In this document: positions 45,280 through 54,283 of the stretch, one piece after another | Position numbering within the stretch: position 1 is the stretch's first letter | How the letters are laid out: each line of letters starts with the position of its first letter | Source: Armatimonadota bacterium | Lineage (GTDB): Bacteria > Armatimonadota > Fimbriimonadia > Fimbriimonadales > GBS-DC | Assembly: GCA_023511915.1 (NCBI GenBank) | Contig: JAIMAN010000003.1 | Span: 1,049-65,048, forward strand | Direction: 5' to 3' | Length of the DNA stretch: 64,000 nucleotides | Position numbers and translations under genes: made by a program | The notes under the pieces: generated by a model | Told to the model about the DNA's origin: nothing | Database searches by the model: none | What the model saw: only the letters and a program-made list of their open reading frames with translations

Positions 45280-46364
45280 AACTCGCGCTGTTTACGGTGA
45301 GTCTGGAGGTCGGCGGGGCGGAGCGGGTGCTGGTCACGCTGGCGAACCGCTTCGCCGCGCTGGGGCACACCGTGCAGGTCGTGCTGATGAAACCGCAGGG
45401 CGAACTGCGCAAGGAACTGTGCCCCGAAGTGCGCATCGTTGACCTCAACACCTACCGCGCCGTGCGCACCGTGCTGCCGTTGGCGCGCTACCTGCGACGG
45501 GAACGCCCCGACGCGCTGCTGAGCACGCTGAGCCAGCCGAACCTTGTGGCGATTCTGGCGCGACGGCTGGCAAGGGTTCCGACGCGCGTGGTCGTGCGCG
45601 AGGCGAACACGCCGACCCACGAGTTCGGCGCAGCCGTTAAGCCGAAAGACCGCATCGTGCCCGCGCTGATTGCTCCCATGTACCGTCAGGCGGACGCGAT
45701 TGTCGCTGTGTCGCGCGGCGTGCAGCACGACCTGCTGCGCCTGACAGGGCTGCCCGAAAGCCGCATCCCGTGCATTTACAACCCCGTGATTACCGAGCGA
45801 CTGCTGCGTCTGCGCGAGGAGCCAATCCAGCACCCGTGGTTCGAGGCGGGCGCACCGCCTGTGGTGCTAGCAGTCGGCAGGCTAACCCCGCAGAAGGACT
45901 ACCCGACCCTGCTGCGGGCGTTCGCGAAGGCGCGCCAGCGCTGCCCCGCGCGCCTGCTGATTCTGGGCGAGGGCGAACTGCACGCCGACCTGTGGCGGCT
46001 GGTGCAGGCGTTGGGGCTGACCGACGCCGTTGCCATGCCCGGCTACGAGCCGAACCCGTTTGCCTACATGAGCCGCGCGCGGGTGTTCGTGTTGTCGTCG
46101 CGCTACGAGGGGCTGCCGAACGCGCTGATTCAGGCGATGGCGTGCGGCTGCCCCGTCATCAGCACCGACTGCCCCAGCGGACCGCGCGAGATTCTGGACG
46201 GCGGTCGCTACGGCGCGCTGGCGCCTGTGGGCGATGTGGACGCGCTGGCGGACGCCATCGTGCGCGGGCTGGACGGGCAACTGCCAACTGCGCCCGACGA
46301 GTGGTTGCAGCAGTTCGAGGAGGGGCACATCGTCGGGCAGTACCTGCGCGTGCTGGAGGGCTGA
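45276..46364 (+). CDS. glycosyltransferase family 4
   Basis: GGAERV, VGRLTPQKDY, SRYEGLPNALIQAMACG. Confidence 0.92.
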   Translation: MKLALFTVSLEVGGAERVLVTLANRFAALGHTVQVVLMKPQGELRKELCPEVRIVDLNTYRAVRTVLPLARYLRRERPDALLSTLSQPNLVAILARRLARVPTRVVVREANTPTHEFGAAVKPKDRIVPALIAPMYRQADAIVAVSRGVQHDLLRLTGLPESRIPCIYNPVITERLLRLREEPIQHPWFEAGAPPVVLAVGRLTPQKDYPTLLRAFAKARQRCPARLLILGEGELHADLWRLVQALGLTDAVAMPGYEPNPFAYMSRARVFVLSSRYEGLPNALIQAMACGCPVISTDCPSGPREILDGGRYGALAPVGDVDALADAIVRGLDGQLPTAPDEWLQQFEEGHIVGQYLRVLEG

Positions 46365-47216
46365 ATGCAGGTGCGCATCGCGATTGGAGGCGACATCATC
46401 TTCGGCAAGGGCGTGTCGCAAATCGCGCGGGCGCGCGGGCTGGGCTACTTGTTTGAGCCGATTGCCCCCCTGCTGCGCGAAGCCGACTGGACGGCGCTTA
46501 ACATGGAGGGCTGTATCAGCACGCGCGGCGCGCCGCTGCCCAAAGAGTACACCTTCCGCGCGCCGCCCGAACTGGCAGCGCACATGCGTCTGGCGGGCGT
46601 CTCGATGGTCTCGCTGGGCAACAACCACTCGATGGACTACGGCGCGACCGCGCTGCTGGACACGATGGACTATCTGTGGGGGGCGGGCGTCTGGTGGGCG
46701 GGCGCAGGCGCGAACCGCACAGCGGCGGCGCAGGCGGTGTATGTGGACTTCGGCGAGTTGCGGATCGCCTTCGTGTGCTTCACGGCGGTTGTGCCGCGCG
46801 GCTTCCCTGCAGGCGAGCGCGCGCCCGGCGTGGCGACGCTGGACGCCGTGCTGCCCGTCTTGCGCGAGGCGCGCGCGAACGCCGACGCGCTGGTCGTCAT
46901 CCCCCACTGGGGCGACGAGGGCACAACGCGCCCCAACGCCAAGCAGCGGCGCATCGCCCGCCAACTTGCCGACGCAGGCGCGACGCTGATTGTCGGGCAT
47001 CACCCGCATGTGGTGCAGGGCTACGCGCGGGTCGGTAAGGCGCATGTGTTCTACAGCGTCGGTAACTTCATCCACACGCCCCGCTCGAAACGGGCGCGTC
47101 AGGCGGTGCTGCTGCAGGCGACGCTGGACAAGTCGGGCGTGCGCGAACTGAAGCCTGTCCCGCTGTGGCTGGAGGGCGGGCGTCCAATCCCGCAGGGTGG
47201 TCGCCTATCGCTGTAG
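46365..47216 (+). CDS. CapA family metallophosphoesterase
   Basis: GDII, NMEG, GNNHSMDYG, HWGDE, GHHPHVVQ, YSVGNF. Confidence 0.9.
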   Translation: MQVRIAIGGDIIFGKGVSQIARARGLGYLFEPIAPLLREADWTALNMEGCISTRGAPLPKEYTFRAPPELAAHMRLAGVSMVSLGNNHSMDYGATALLDTMDYLWGAGVWWAGAGANRTAAAQAVYVDFGELRIAFVCFTAVVPRGFPAGERAPGVATLDAVLPVLREARANADALVVIPHWGDEGTTRPNAKQRRIARQLADAGATLIVGHHPHVVQGYARVGKAHVFYSVGNFIHTPRSKRARQAVLLQATLDKSGVRELKPVPLWLEGGRPIPQGGRLSL

Positions 47217-48044
47217 GCGCAGGGTCTCGTCGTCGTCTTCCTGCTGCGGGGCGCGGTAGATTTCGTCGATGGCTTGCTCGTAGGCGCGAATCTGCTCGCG
47301 CAGCGGCTCCAGCAGCAGGTCGGCGCGCGGAGCCGCGCTGCGCGGGGCGGCGCTGAGCCGAATCGTCTCCATCAGCAGGTTCTCCACGCTGGCGGTGATC
47401 ATCGTGCTTTCGTTCTCCAGCGTCTGCAGCGTGCGCTCCAGATTGCGAAAACTGGCGAGTTCGCGTGCCTTTTGGCGGTAGGCGCGTTGGAGGGTGTTCT
47501 CCATCGACGGATCGTGGTTCTGCTCCAGTTTGCGTCCGAGCGCGTTCAGTTCGCGTTCCAGTTTCGCGCGGTAGGCGCGCCAAGTCCACTCGGAGCGGTT
47601 GAGGCTGCCGAGCGCGCCTTCGCGCAGGGCGTCGAACGCCGCGCTCAGGTGGTCTTGCCACGACAGCCCGCGTCGCGCCTGCTGCTCGATTTGTCGGCGT
47701 AGGCGGGTCGCCTTGTGGCGCAGGTCGGCGTCTTTGGCGACGATTTCGTCCAGTTCGGGGTACGCGCTCTTGAGACCCGTCATCTGCTGCAGGTTCGCGC
47801 GGATTTGCTGTGCTATCTGGCGCAGGCGCAGGTGCTGCTCGCGGTAGTGGGGCAACATTGGCGGCGTGCGCTTCGCCCAGAGCCACCCGCCGACCGCGCC
47901 GCCCACCATCCCGACGCCCACCAGCGCAACGATGGTCAGCAGCGTCGCGCCCAAGCCTGCGCCGCCTGCAATCAGCAACCAGCCCGCCGCCGCAAACACG
48001 CCCGCCGCCGCGCCGAATAACGCCCCCAGTCCGACCCGAAGCAT
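47205..48044 (-). CDS. hypothetical protein with two N-terminal TMs and a coiled coil
   Basis: MLRVGLGALFG start 7 nt after TATAAT; the upstream extension in the ORF track is an antisense shadow of pntA. Confidence 0.7.
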   Translation of the reverse strand: MLRVGLGALFGAAAGVFAAAGWLLIAGGAGLGATLLTIVALVGVGMVGGAVGGWLWAKRTPPMLPHYREQHLRLRQIAQQIRANLQQMTGLKSAYPELDEIVAKDADLRHKATRLRRQIEQQARRGLSWQDHLSAAFDALREGALGSLNRSEWTWRAYRAKLERELNALGRKLEQNHDPSMENTLQRAYRQKARELASFRNLERTLQTLENESTMITASVENLLMETIRLSAAPRSAAPRADLLLEPLREQIRAYEQAIDEIYRAPQQEDDDETLRLQR

Positions 48045-48086
48045 CACCAAGATTATACCGAAACCCGCGCAGGTACAATTGGCGCG

Positions 48087-49241
48087 ATGCGACTGGGCGT
48101 TTTGCGAGAGACCTACCCGAACGAGCGGCGTGTCGCGCTCATCCCTGCGCTTGCGCCGATGTACGCGAAACTCGGCTTTGAGGTGCTGGTGCAATCGGGC
48201 GCGGGCGAGGGCGCGCGCCACACCGACGACGCCTATCGTCAGGCGGGCGCGACCGTGCTGCCCACGCGCGAGGAAGTGCTGGCGCAGGCGGATGTTGTGC
48301 TGACTGTGCGCACCGCAGGCGCGAACCCGAACATCGAGGCGGACTTGCCGCACATCCGCGCGGGGCAAATCTGGGTCGGTTTTATGGAGCCGCTGTACCG
48401 TCCGCAGGGCGTGCAGCAACTCGCCGAGCGCGGGGCGACTGCCTTCGCGATGGAACTCATCCCGCGCATCACCCGCGCGCAGAGCATGGACGCGCTCTCG
48501 TCGATGGCGACGGTGGCGGGCTACAAGGCGGTGCTGTTGGCGGCGCACCTGTCGCCGCGCATGTTCCCGCTGCTGATGAGCGCGGCGGGCACGGTCTCGC
48601 CTGCGCGGGTGTTCGTGATTGGCGCGGGCGTGGCGGGCTTGCAGGCGATGGCGACCGCCAAGCGGCTCGGCGCAGCCGTGTCGGGCTACGATGTGCGCCC
48701 CGCCACGCGCGACCAAGTCGAAAGCGTCGGCGCGAAGTTCGTCGAAATCCCGCTGCAGGTCGAGCAGGCGGAGGCGTCGGGCGGCTACGCGCGCGCCCTT
48801 GAGGAAGAGACCCTGCGCCGTCAGCAAGACCTGCTCGGCGAACACCTCGTGCAGCACGAGGTGGTGATCACCACCGCCGCCGTGCCGGGCAAGCGCGCGC
48901 CGCTGCTCATCCCGCGCCGCGTGGTGGAAGCGATGCCCGCAGGCAGCATAATTATCGACCTCGCTGCCGAGTGGGGCGGCAACTGCGAACTGACCCAGCC
49001 TGGCGAGACCGTCCAGCACGCGGGCGTGACAATTGTCGGCGCAGTGAACCTGCCCGCGACTGCGCCCGTAGACGCCAGCATGCTCTACAGCCGCAACCTC
49101 TACAACCTGCTCGCGCACCTGCACAAAGTCGGCATGCTGCCCACCCCCGCGCCCGATCACGAGGACGAAATCGCCCGCGAGACTCTGGTCGCGCACGGCG
49201 GCAGAATCACCCACCCGCGCGTGATGCAGCGCGTTGAATAA
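48087..49241 (+). CDS. pntA: NAD(P) transhydrogenase subunit alpha, soluble part (alpha1)
   Basis: ERRVAL, RITRAQSMDALSS, GAGVAGLQA, GGNCE. Confidence 0.95.
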   Translation: MRLGVLRETYPNERRVALIPALAPMYAKLGFEVLVQSGAGEGARHTDDAYRQAGATVLPTREEVLAQADVVLTVRTAGANPNIEADLPHIRAGQIWVGFMEPLYRPQGVQQLAERGATAFAMELIPRITRAQSMDALSSMATVAGYKAVLLAAHLSPRMFPLLMSAAGTVSPARVFVIGAGVAGLQAMATAKRLGAAVSGYDVRPATRDQVESVGAKFVEIPLQVEQAEASGGYARALEEETLRRQQDLLGEHLVQHEVVITTAAVPGKRAPLLIPRRVVEAMPAGSIIIDLAAEWGGNCELTQPGETVQHAGVTIVGAVNLPATAPVDASMLYSRNLYNLLAHLHKVGMLPTPAPDHEDEIARETLVAHGGRITHPRVMQRVE

Positions 49242-49267
49242 AGAGGTATCCTACATGGGGTGATGTT

Positions 49268-49909
49268 ATGCCAGCAAGCACTGTCGCCAAGACACGCAAG
49301 CGTCCCCGACGCACGCAGCCTGCCCTTCAAGCAGGCGTGCAACGCTACCGCTTCACGCCCGACCAGTTCGAGCAACTCGCGCGGCTGGGGCTGTTCGACC
49401 AACAGCGCGTGGAACTGATTGCAGGAGAGATTGTCCAGATGCCGCCCATCGGACCCGAACACGGCAGCACGGTTGACCAGACGATGCAGAGCCTTGGGCG
49501 ACGCTTGCCTGCCAAGCCCTACTACCTTCGCGTGCAGAACCCCCTGCGCTTGGGCGACAGCGAGCCTGTGCCCGATGTGGCAATCGTGCCTGGCAAACCC
49601 AGCGACTACCGCACCCACCACCCCACCACCGCCCTGCTGGTGATTGAAATCGCCGACACCTCCCTTGAGTACGACCGCACCGAGAAGATGAGCCTGTATG
49701 CCGCGGCGGGCATCCCCGAATACTGGATCGTGAACTTGGTGGAGCGGTGCGTGGAGGTTTATCGGGAGCCTGTGTCGCCTGCGGTAGGGACGGCGTTCAA
49801 CGCGCGGTATCGTTCGTTGCGGTACTACGGGTTGGACGAGGTGGTGTCGCCGTTGTTTGAGCCGACGCTGGAGGTTCCTGTGCGTGCGCTGCTGGAAGGC
49901 GAGGAGTAG
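49268..49909 (+). CDS. Uma2 family endonuclease (DUF820)
   Basis: VELIAGEI, PVPDVAI, LVIEIADTS, YAAAGIPEYWIVN. Confidence 0.92.
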   Translation: MPASTVAKTRKRPRRTQPALQAGVQRYRFTPDQFEQLARLGLFDQQRVELIAGEIVQMPPIGPEHGSTVDQTMQSLGRRLPAKPYYLRVQNPLRLGDSEPVPDVAIVPGKPSDYRTHHPTTALLVIEIADTSLEYDRTEKMSLYAAAGIPEYWIVNLVERCVEVYREPVSPAVGTAFNARYRSLRYYGLDEVVSPLFEPTLEVPVRALLEGEE

Positions 49910-49912
49910 GCG

Positions 49913-51466
49913 ATGGGACGAGGCAGCGAGGCGTTCCTGAACGTCCTTTTGATTTTCAACGGGGCTCTTGCAGTTTACTCTATCCGCATCAAGGGGCACT
50001 TTGTGGCGGATGACCATTCTATCTTCTACCGTCTCCAGCAGGGGGGCGCGTTCGGGTTCGCGACCTATCCGCCGACCAGTTTTTTCCGCCCGCTTATCTC
50101 GCTGCACTACTATCTGGACTACACGCTGTGGGGGATGAGTCCGCTGGCGTCGCATGCGGTGAATCTGGTCTGGCATATCGTGTGCGGGCTGTTGGTGTGG
50201 CTGCTGGCGCAGCGCGTGCTGGCGCGTTGGGGCTGGCTTCGCGCGCCTGCACAGGGGGCAGCCATACGCGCCGCCCTACTTTTCGTAGTGCTGCCTGCGA
50301 ATGTGGAGGCGGTGGCGTGGTTCGCGGCGCGGGCGGATATGGTCGCGACGGCGGGCGCGCTGGGCGCGCTGCTGTTGCTAATGCGCTTCCAAGAGCAGGG
50401 GTGTCGGCGTTCGTATGCAGGCGCGCTGGCGTGCTTTGCGGTGGGGCTGTTTTGCAAGGAGTCGCTGCTGACCTTCCCGCTAATCGCGTGGCTGTGGCTG
50501 CGGCATTTGGGCGCGGCGCAGGCGGGGCGTCTGACGCTGCCCTTCTGGGGGGTGCTGGTGGTCTACTGGGCGATGCGCACGGCAGTGGTGCAGGGGCTGG
50601 GCGCGTATCCCGACGCTTGGGCGACGCTGCAACGCCCGTGGCTGCTTGGGGTGAACCTGCTGGCGTATCTGTTCCAGATGGGGATGCCCGCGATTCTGTA
50701 CGGGCTGGGGCGCGACTTGTGGGACACGCTGCTGTGGGGTGGGTGGCTGGTGGGCGTGAGCTTGGCGGGATGGCATGTGCAGCGCACGCCCCGCCTTCGT
50801 ACCCGACCTGTGGATTGGTCGTTGCTGGTGGGCTTGATGTTGCTTGCGCTGCTGCCTGTGCTGATTTTCAAGCCGTCGCCGCTCTATTTTCTCAACAGTC
50901 GCTACAGTTATCTAGCGTCGGCGTTCGGTGTGATTGGCGTCGTGGCGATGCTAATGCAGTTCGCACGCCCGCGGAGGTCGCCCGTTCTCGACACTGCTGC
51001 CGCGCTCTTGCTGCTGGCGTATATATTCGGCGGCATGCGCCAGGCAGAGGCGTGGGGCGAGGCAGGCGCGATTGCCCGCAGCAGCGTGCTGTCGCTTCGA
51101 GACGCGCCTGCCGACAAGCCACTAATGATTCTCAGCCTGCCCGACCACTTTCACGGCGCGTACATTTGGCGGGCGGGCTTCCATGAGGGGGTCGCGCTGC
51201 TGCTCCCTGAGCGTGCCAGCCAGCCGATGTACGCGCTCAGTCGCTTCACGATGCGCCTGCACACGGACGGGCGCGTGCAGTACGCCGACGGCGTGGCGAC
51301 ACTCTCCAGCCCCGACGACATCTTCCTGCCACCCGAAGGCGTGCGCACCCCGCCAACCAGCGAGCCGATGGTGCTGCCCGACAAGGTGGTCGTTCCGCTG
51401 TCCGTGCTGCAGCAGGGGGTGGTGTTGGGGTATGAAAAGGGGAAATTCGTAGCGCTAACCCCGTAG
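49913..51466 (+). CDS. multi-pass membrane protein, GT-C/TMTC-like glycosyltransferase
   Basis: ADD, FFRPL, HAVNLVWH, EAVAW, CKE, RYSY. Confidence 0.7.
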   Translation: MGRGSEAFLNVLLIFNGALAVYSIRIKGHFVADDHSIFYRLQQGGAFGFATYPPTSFFRPLISLHYYLDYTLWGMSPLASHAVNLVWHIVCGLLVWLLAQRVLARWGWLRAPAQGAAIRAALLFVVLPANVEAVAWFAARADMVATAGALGALLLLMRFQEQGCRRSYAGALACFAVGLFCKESLLTFPLIAWLWLRHLGAAQAGRLTLPFWGVLVVYWAMRTAVVQGLGAYPDAWATLQRPWLLGVNLLAYLFQMGMPAILYGLGRDLWDTLLWGGWLVGVSLAGWHVQRTPRLRTRPVDWSLLVGLMLLALLPVLIFKPSPLYFLNSRYSYLASAFGVIGVVAMLMQFARPRRSPVLDTAAALLLLAYIFGGMRQAEAWGEAGAIARSSVLSLRDAPADKPLMILSLPDHFHGAYIWRAGFHEGVALLLPERASQPMYALSRFTMRLHTDGRVQYADGVATLSSPDDIFLPPEGVRTPPTSEPMVLPDKVVVPLSVLQQGVVLGYEKGKFVALTP

Positions 51467-51501
51467 GTATAATCGACAGTGAGTGGCAGTAGGAGGTCAG
51501 C

Positions 51502-51858
51502 ATGAGGACGCTACGGGTTAGCATCTACGCTCGCGATGAATTCGTGGCAGCATTCATGAGAGAACAGGTGTCCAAGCTTGATGGGGTAAGAATCGTCTCG
51601 GGAAGTAATCACGACTCGCCCCCACCAGACGCCTCTCTTGTTGACACCGACCTACTAACACCTGGAGAGCTAAGAGTTTTATCTGTGTTTATGAAAGTAG
51701 ACTCCGTAAAACAGGCATCTAAGCGGCTCAACTTGTCTCAAAATACTGTCAGAACGCATCTCAGAAATGTCTACATCAAGCTTGGTGTGCATAGCTTGCA
51801 TCGCGCACTGTTGGTTGCACTGCGGCTCGGACTGTTGAAGGATACCACAGATGAGTGA
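51502..51858 (+). CDS. LuxR-family HTH transcriptional regulator
   Basis: LTPGELRVL...LNLSQNTVRTHLRNVYIKLGV; AGGAGG RBS. Confidence 0.88.
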   Translation: MRTLRVSIYARDEFVAAFMREQVSKLDGVRIVSGSNHDSPPPDASLVDTDLLTPGELRVLSVFMKVDSVKQASKRLNLSQNTVRTHLRNVYIKLGVHSLHRALLVALRLGLLKDTTDE

Positions 51859-51883
51859 AAAAAAAAATTCACTTATTTGGGTG

Positions 51884-51913
51884 TTGACTTGTCAGTTCGC
51901 GCTTTGGTAAACT
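51884..51913 (+). promoter_or_regulatory. sigma70-type promoter of the island operon
   Basis: TTGACT-N18-TAAACT with a TG extension. Confidence 0.55.
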
Positions 51914-51922
51914 TGGAGTGCC

Positions 51923-52471
51923 ATGCAAACATCCGCTAACACGCGCATAAGATTGCTGGGTGTGGCAGAAATCTGCTTGTGTGGCTTGCTTCTGTGGGTT
52001 GTAGCGGCAACTCCAGAATCAAGGCGCGTTTTTTCGGACGCCAAGTATCGTGCGCAATTTGTCTTCTCAGACTGGGCACACAGGGTTCGTAGCTACGCTT
52101 ACCAGCGTCGTGAGCTGCCCATAGGCTCGCGTGTGGAGGAGTTTCAGACAAGCGATACTAAGCTGGTTCGCGTCACTGCTCTTGGCATGTGTGGCAAAAG
52201 ATGTATTGATTTTATACGGAACGACACTGGAAGCGAAGCAGTGAAGCGCATCTACTTGGTAATGACCAGTGAAGACGAGGCGAAGCGGATAGAGCGACAA
52301 CTAAGCTTACCTGATGTCTCCGTCTACGCAGATTCAGAAGGTAAACTGCACAAGCGCTTGAACGCTTACTTTGTCCCGCGCTGGTTCCTGTTTGGTCCGA
52401 ATGGCGCGCTGCTGAGCAAGCAGTCTGAAGGCTCCGCGCTTGGCAACTGTGGATGTGGGGGTGTGAGATGA
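51923..52471 (+). CDS. membrane-anchored thioredoxin/redoxin-fold protein
   Basis: TM, LPIGSRV, CGKRC, YADSEGKLHKRLNAYFVPRWFLFGPNG (cis-Pro loop), C-terminal CGC. Confidence 0.6.
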   Translation: MQTSANTRIRLLGVAEICLCGLLLWVVAATPESRRVFSDAKYRAQFVFSDWAHRVRSYAYQRRELPIGSRVEEFQTSDTKLVRVTALGMCGKRCIDFIRNDTGSEAVKRIYLVMTSEDEAKRIERQLSLPDVSVYADSEGKLHKRLNAYFVPRWFLFGPNGALLSKQSEGSALGNCGCGGVR

Positions 52472-53166
52472 GGGCGCAAGGCAGGCGCAACGGCTGGACT
52501 CTTGTTGAAGTGCTGATAGTGATAGCGATCCTTATTACACTGGCGGGGATAGTATACGCTGCCTATCAGCCCATTCGTGAGCGCAGCTTGCGTGCGGTAT
52601 GCGCGTCGCGAATGCGCCAAATCTGGATTCACTTGGAGAACTATCGCCAGGACTACGGGGGAATCGACCCGCCAGCCGTCGATAAGCCCTCTCTAATCGG
52701 GCTTCCCGCTGACTATAATCAGCGACGACTTTTCGAAGCAAGTTATGACCGTATCTTCCCCGATGGCTGGACCTGCCCCACAGGAAGACCCATGCAGCCA
52801 CACACATATACTTCCGAGTTTTGCAACTCACACCCATGTTGGCGAAACGGTGGGGTAGCTCACTGTGTCTACCCGCACTGCGCCTTCTACAGGTTATGGT
52901 ACTTTCACGAGGGATTTTACAGACCAGATGAGCATCCAGGAGTTGTGGCGGCTGTCAATTGTGAGCGGCTACTGTATCGAAGTCTGGGAATGCAGTACCC
53001 AATCATTATGGACACCTGCCATCGCGAAGTTTTGGATGCGTGGTTCAACAATTTCACGATGATGGTGCATCTCGATGGTAGCTTCTCCGCAAGGGTCATT
53101 CCGGACACAGCAGCCTACAGAACCAACTTATGCGAACTCTTTCGCAGTGGAGGTGAACAGCGATGA
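52468..53166 (+). CDS. prepilin-type N-terminal cleavage/methylation domain protein
   Basis: G/WTLVEVLIVIAILITLAGI, CASRMRQI, C-terminal H...LDG; ATGA coupling. Confidence 0.85.
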   Translation: MRAQGRRNGWTLVEVLIVIAILITLAGIVYAAYQPIRERSLRAVCASRMRQIWIHLENYRQDYGGIDPPAVDKPSLIGLPADYNQRRLFEASYDRIFPDGWTCPTGRPMQPHTYTSEFCNSHPCWRNGGVAHCVYPHCAFYRLWYFHEGFYRPDEHPGVVAAVNCERLLYRSLGMQYPIIMDTCHREVLDAWFNNFTMMVHLDGSFSARVIPDTAAYRTNLCELFRSGGEQR

Positions 53167-53578
53167 GAACAACACTGAGGCGTTTGAAGATGCTTATGGC
53201 GATTACGTTTGGACTTTCGGCTGCCTACTTCGTGTTTGCCGAGATAAGCCCTGCTGGAGGTCCCACTTGTGGTCTGTTCTGCAACGGTCAGCGAGCTTGC
53301 AACGCAACCTGTCCGCCGGGGTGCAGTCCAAGGCAGGATGGTGACGCCTTCGATTGCTGCTGCACATTACAGCTTTCTGGCGATCCCATAGATACTGTTG
53401 CAGCGGACAGTGCTGGCGCGCCGAATGTAAGGACGCGCGTGGTAATCTCTGTTCTCGGCCTGTTGAGCGGTTCGTTTGCGGGCAGGGCGCCCTTGTTTCT
53501 AACTACCACAGGTGCGAGAATAATTATTGCGTCGGACCTGCTCCTTGGCCGCCCGAAAACCCAGTTCCTCAGCCATGA
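53163..53578 (+). CDS. secreted cysteine-rich protein, apparently frameshifted near 53385-53390 (138 aa, 16 Cys when repaired)
   Basis: Signal peptide plus 8 Cys in the first frame; 8 more Cys in the -1 frame, which ends in a TGA overlapping the next ATG. Confidence 0.65.
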
Positions 53579-54279
53579 GAATCGCGAAAGATCGTAAAAT
53601 ATTGCTATCACTTGTGATGTTTACCTTAGGGGCGCTGCTCTATTGGTGGTTCACGCGCCCTCCTTCTCCAGAAACGGTAGCGCGCTGGACGATGGAGGCT
53701 ATCGTCCAGCGCGATGCACGCCGCCTATGCCAGCTGATGTGTGATATGGAGCGCCAGTATGTCTCGGAAGAGAACCTCAAGCGCGTGTTAGAACAGATGC
53801 ATAAGGAACTACCTTACCTTACCTCTATAAGCCTGCATGATTACCCATATGATGTAACGAGAGACGATGTGCGCAGGCTAAGGCGAGCAGGATTTAGATT
53901 TACCCCAGCAGTTCACGATGTCCGCTTTTGCTATCGTTTCGTTCACGGTCAGCTGGTACCCATACCTCCGAACGAGCACCCCGCCTTTGCAGAACGGTAT
54001 CTACTCGATTCTTCTACGATAGAGCAGGGGCGTTGTTTCTGCGTACATGTCAACCTCCACAGCGGCTACGAAAAGCGTTGCCCGCTTGTGGTAAAAACTC
54101 TTGTGCGAATAGTCATAGAATCACGCGCTGCCAAGGGCAACATGGAGCAGCTGCTGGAAAGAATTTTTTGGAACAACGGTGTCCGAGTCGCTTTCTATGA
54201 TCCGAACACGGGTCGCATCCAGCGAATTCAACTGATGAAGGCGACCAGTGCAGACGGCAAAGTCAGGTATTACTGGTAG
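53575..54279 (+). CDS. hypothetical membrane-anchored protein
   Basis: N-terminal TM then PSPETVARWTMEAI (NTF2/DUF4878-like start). Confidence 0.65.
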   Translation: MRIAKDRKILLSLVMFTLGALLYWWFTRPPSPETVARWTMEAIVQRDARRLCQLMCDMERQYVSEENLKRVLEQMHKELPYLTSISLHDYPYDVTRDDVRRLRRAGFRFTPAVHDVRFCYRFVHGQLVPIPPNEHPAFAERYLLDSSTIEQGRCFCVHVNLHSGYEKRCPLVVKTLVRIVIESRAAKGNMEQLLERIFWNNGVRVAFYDPNTGRIQRIQLMKATSADGKVRYYW

Positions 54280-54283
54280 TGCC

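Noticed and set aside
48045-49214. 669-aa minus-strand ORF overlapping pntA
   Set aside because: The first 390 codons are the antisense shadow of pntA, which is common in GC-rich genes
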